A stretch of DNA of 64,000 nucleotides from Eledone cirrhosa (lineage: Eukaryota): NCBI GenBank assembly GCA_964016885.1, contig OZ024743.1, positions 13,640,001-13,704,000 on the forward strand. The letters run 5' to 3'. Below are positions 61,539 to 64,000 of this stretch, one piece after another. Both the position numbers and the translations under genes were made by a program. Under the pieces are notes generated by a model. The model searched no databases. It was given only the letters and a program-made list of their open reading frames with translations, and was not told where the DNA came from. Numbering within the stretch: the stretch's first letter is position 1; every line of letters starts with the position of its first letter.

Positions 61539-64000
61539 ATGGCTGGTTTACGAGTTGGAACCGTGAATGTGCGTGGCCTAGGGATGCCCTGGAAACAGGG
61601 CCAACTTTTAAACGACCTTAGGTCACACAGTATGGATGTGATAGCCATCACCGAGTCCAGAATCCACAACAGGCAGCAACTAACACCCATCTTCGACGAC
61701 TTTGAGATCTACGCATCTCTCTATCAGCCAGGAGGTGGAGGTGGAGTGGCTGTTATGTTTCGGAAGAACCTGGACGTCGGAGTACAGCAAGTACACTTGG
61801 ACCCGGAGGGTAGACTGGTAGTCCTAGACGTGAACAGTATCGGAGGTGGAGCCTTCAGACTGGTGGCCGTTTATGCCCCGACCGGGCAATCGCAATCACG
61901 GCCAGACTTCTTTAAGCGTCTAGAGTCTTTTCTGGGAACGTCTCGCTCCTTACTTTTAGTGGGGGACTGGAATGGTATCCTAGATGCACGATGGGACTAT
62001 GTGGGAGCATGTCCCAGTAGAGCGGGGTGCAACAGCCTCAAAACTTTAATCGGCCAATTCCAACTGGCCGATAGGTATCGACTGGATTTCCCGACTGCAC
62101 CACAGTGGACGTGGGTAAACCGCAGTGGGACATCTAGATCGTATTTAGATAGGTTCTTCATTAGAGAAAGGGACAAGGATATGTTAAGCTGTCCACGAAT
62201 GCACATGGTTGCCTATTCAGATCACAAGTTAGTCGTCTGCTTAGTCAACCGTGATAGAATACATAGACAGGGTCCCGGATACTGGAAGCTGAACGTGTCG
62301 TTGCCGGTACGTACAGCTTACAGTGAACGGATAAGTAAACTAGTCAAGCAACAGTTAACGGGAGCCATCGTCAACAATAGATGGTGGTACTCTCTCAAGA
62401 AAGCAATTAGAATAGAATCAATAGGGTATAGCAGAGAGTTAGCCTTAGAGAAAAACAGAATAGAAAGAGAACTAGTAGCCAAGGTAGAGGAGGCACTTAG
62501 AAGTGGCAACGCGGCTAGAGTGTTAGCGTCGAGAACGGCACTGGACCAGTTCTTCGATGCGAAACACGAAGGCTGCGTGGTCAGAAGCAAAACACGTGCT
62601 CTAGGAAACGAAGGAGCGAAAGCTGTCAGCTGGGCCCGAGTGGCGGAGGCAAAAAGTGGCAACAAGTCCACGATTCGGTCTTTGAAAGACCAAAACGGAC
62701 GCGTGCTACTTGACCCCAAGCAAATGTGCGCGGCCTTTCAGCGGCACTTTGCGCGACTGTTTGAGCAGAACGACGGTGAGCCGAACGGGGCAATGGACTT
62801 TAGTTTATACCTCGACGGCCTGCCGCGTCTCTCGAACACGGACGCCGAGTTCTGCGAAAGACCGATCACGGACACTGAGATACGGGACGCTCTGGGCCGC
62901 TGCGGGAAACGCAAGTCACCCGGTCTAGATGGTCTACCCTACGAATTTTACATAGGCATGCCGGACTTGTTCTCTGGCGTCCTCGAAGCCGTCTACTGCA
63001 ATTGGCAGCAGAACGGGAGAATTCCCAGTTCTGCAGGCAAGGGCGTAGTAACGCTGATCAGGAAAGACGAGAACAAGGGGGACGAAATTAACAACTTCAG
63101 GCCCATAACTCTGCTCAACACAGAGTTAAAGATTTTGGCCAAGGTGCTAGCGACGAGGTTGGCGCTTGTCGTCGAGAACCTGGTAGGGAAAGCGCAAACG
63201 TGTGCAATCCCGACCAGGTCCATACACGACAACCTCCACCTCATGCGATACATCATAGAGAGGGTGGGTAGTAAACCCGGCTTCGGTGGGGCTCTGATCA
63301 ACTTGGATCAGTCTAAGGCATTCGATAGGGTCGACCATCGATACTTGGAAGCGGTTCTCAAGGCGGCCGGTTTCGGTCTCGTGTTCAGAGGATGGATCGA
63401 GGCGATGCACACCAGCATCTGCTCGAGGGTCAAGGTGAACGGCTACCTATCGGAGCCGTTCGCAATCACGCGTTCCATTCGACAGGGATGCCCTCTCTCC
63501 TCCATTCTGTATGTATTGACTCTAGAGCCACTACTGCGGAAATTGGAGCTGTTGCAGGGCATCCCCCTAGAACCGGGACTGCGCAAAGCGGCGTCGGCTT
63601 ATGCCGACGACGTGACAGTAATGGTGTCGAGCACCTCGGAAATCGGGGTGATCGGCAACATACTGAAAGAATACGAAACGCTGACGGGAGCAAAACTAAA
63701 CCCAGACAAGTCTGTCGGTTTGCAACTCGGTACGTGGAGAGGCAAACCGATGACATCCGACAGCGTCGTTGGACGCTGGACGGACGGACCGGGGAAATTG
63801 CTCGGGGTCTGGTTCGGTCCAGACCTCCAGGTGGAGAAAAACTGGAAGGAGGTCACGGCCAAGGTGTTTGCACTCACTCAGAAGTGGGCAGAGTGCAAAC
63901 TGTCCTTGAAAGGTCGAGCGGAGGTGGCGAACACTTTCATAGCGTCCGTCATCTACTACCGCTTGACTGTCGTGCCTTGTCCCCGTGAACACCTCGCCAA
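61539..64000 (+). CDS. Tx1-D ORF2 (APE plus RT), incomplete at the window edge
   Basis: MAGLRVGTVNVRGL.., GDWN, SYLDR, SDH. YADD codon TAT at 63600 is in frame with the ATG at 61539. Absent from the ORF track, consistent with no stop before the window end. Confidence 0.93.
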   Translation, partial: MAGLRVGTVNVRGLGMPWKQGQLLNDLRSHSMDVIAITESRIHNRQQLTPIFDDFEIYASLYQPGGGGGVAVMFRKNLDVGVQQVHLDPEGRLVVLDVNSIGGGAFRLVAVYAPTGQSQSRPDFFKRLESFLGTSRSLLLVGDWNGILDARWDYVGACPSRAGCNSLKTLIGQFQLADRYRLDFPTAPQWTWVNRSGTSRSYLDRFFIRERDKDMLSCPRMHMVAYSDHKLVVCLVNRDRIHRQGPGYWKLNVSLPVRTAYSERISKLVKQQLTGAIVNNRWWYSLKKAIRIESIGYSRELALEKNRIERELVAKVEEALRSGNAARVLASRTALDQFFDAKHEGCVVRSKTRALGNEGAKAVSWARVAEAKSGNKSTIRSLKDQNGRVLLDPKQMCAAFQRHFARLFEQNDGEPNGAMDFSLYLDGLPRLSNTDAEFCERPITDTEIRDALGRCGKRKSPGLDGLPYEFYIGMPDLFSGVLEAVYCNWQQNGRIPSSAGKGVVTLIRKDENKGDEINNFRPITLLNTELKILAKVLATRLALVVENLVGKAQTCAIPTRSIHDNLHLMRYIIERVGSKPGFGGALINLDQSKAFDRVDHRYLEAVLKAAGFGLVFRGWIEAMHTSICSRVKVNGYLSEPFAITRSIRQGCPLSSILYVLTLEPLLRKLELLQGIPLEPGLRKAASAYADDVTVMVSSTSEIGVIGNILKEYETLTGAKLNPDKSVGLQLGTWRGKPMTSDSVVGRWTDGPGKLLGVWFGPDLQVEKNWKEVTAKVFALTQKWAECKLSLKGRAEVANTFIASVIYYRLTVVPCPREHLA

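Larger units (their letters stand above)
59403..64000 (+). mobile_element. Apparently intact Tx1-like element (Tx1-D), runs off the window end
   Basis: Starts right after (ATCT)n; open ORF1 and ORF2. Confidence 0.93.

Overview
AT-rich, microsatellite-dense eukaryotic (invertebrate) DNA. The SINE motifs and repeat landscape look cephalopod/octopus-like, but that is inference. No host protein-coding gene was recognised; the window is essentially a mosaic of transposable elements. (1) L1/Tx1-clade non-LTR retrotransposons. One intact copy (5795-11819) is bounded on both sides by (ATT)n and sits in the tail of an older relative. A head-to-tail array of three related copies (about 52660-64000) has (ATCT)n at every junction. 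This suggests microsatellite-targeting Tx1 lineages with different target repeats. (2) At least eight Penelope-like element (PLE) copies or fragments with direct or inverted pseudo-LTRs. These carry about 14 hammerhead-ribozyme motifs: canonical, minimal/dimeric, CCGANGA core variants, and forms with a very long (54-105 nt) helix II. (3) Tc1/mariner elements, a palindromic MITE, and RTE and CRE-like LINE fragments. (4) tRNA-derived SINEs whose 3' end and insertion sites resemble those of the (ATT)n Tx1. Most short ORFs in the track are microsatellite or antisense artefacts. Coordinates were read by eye and may be off by a few bases.
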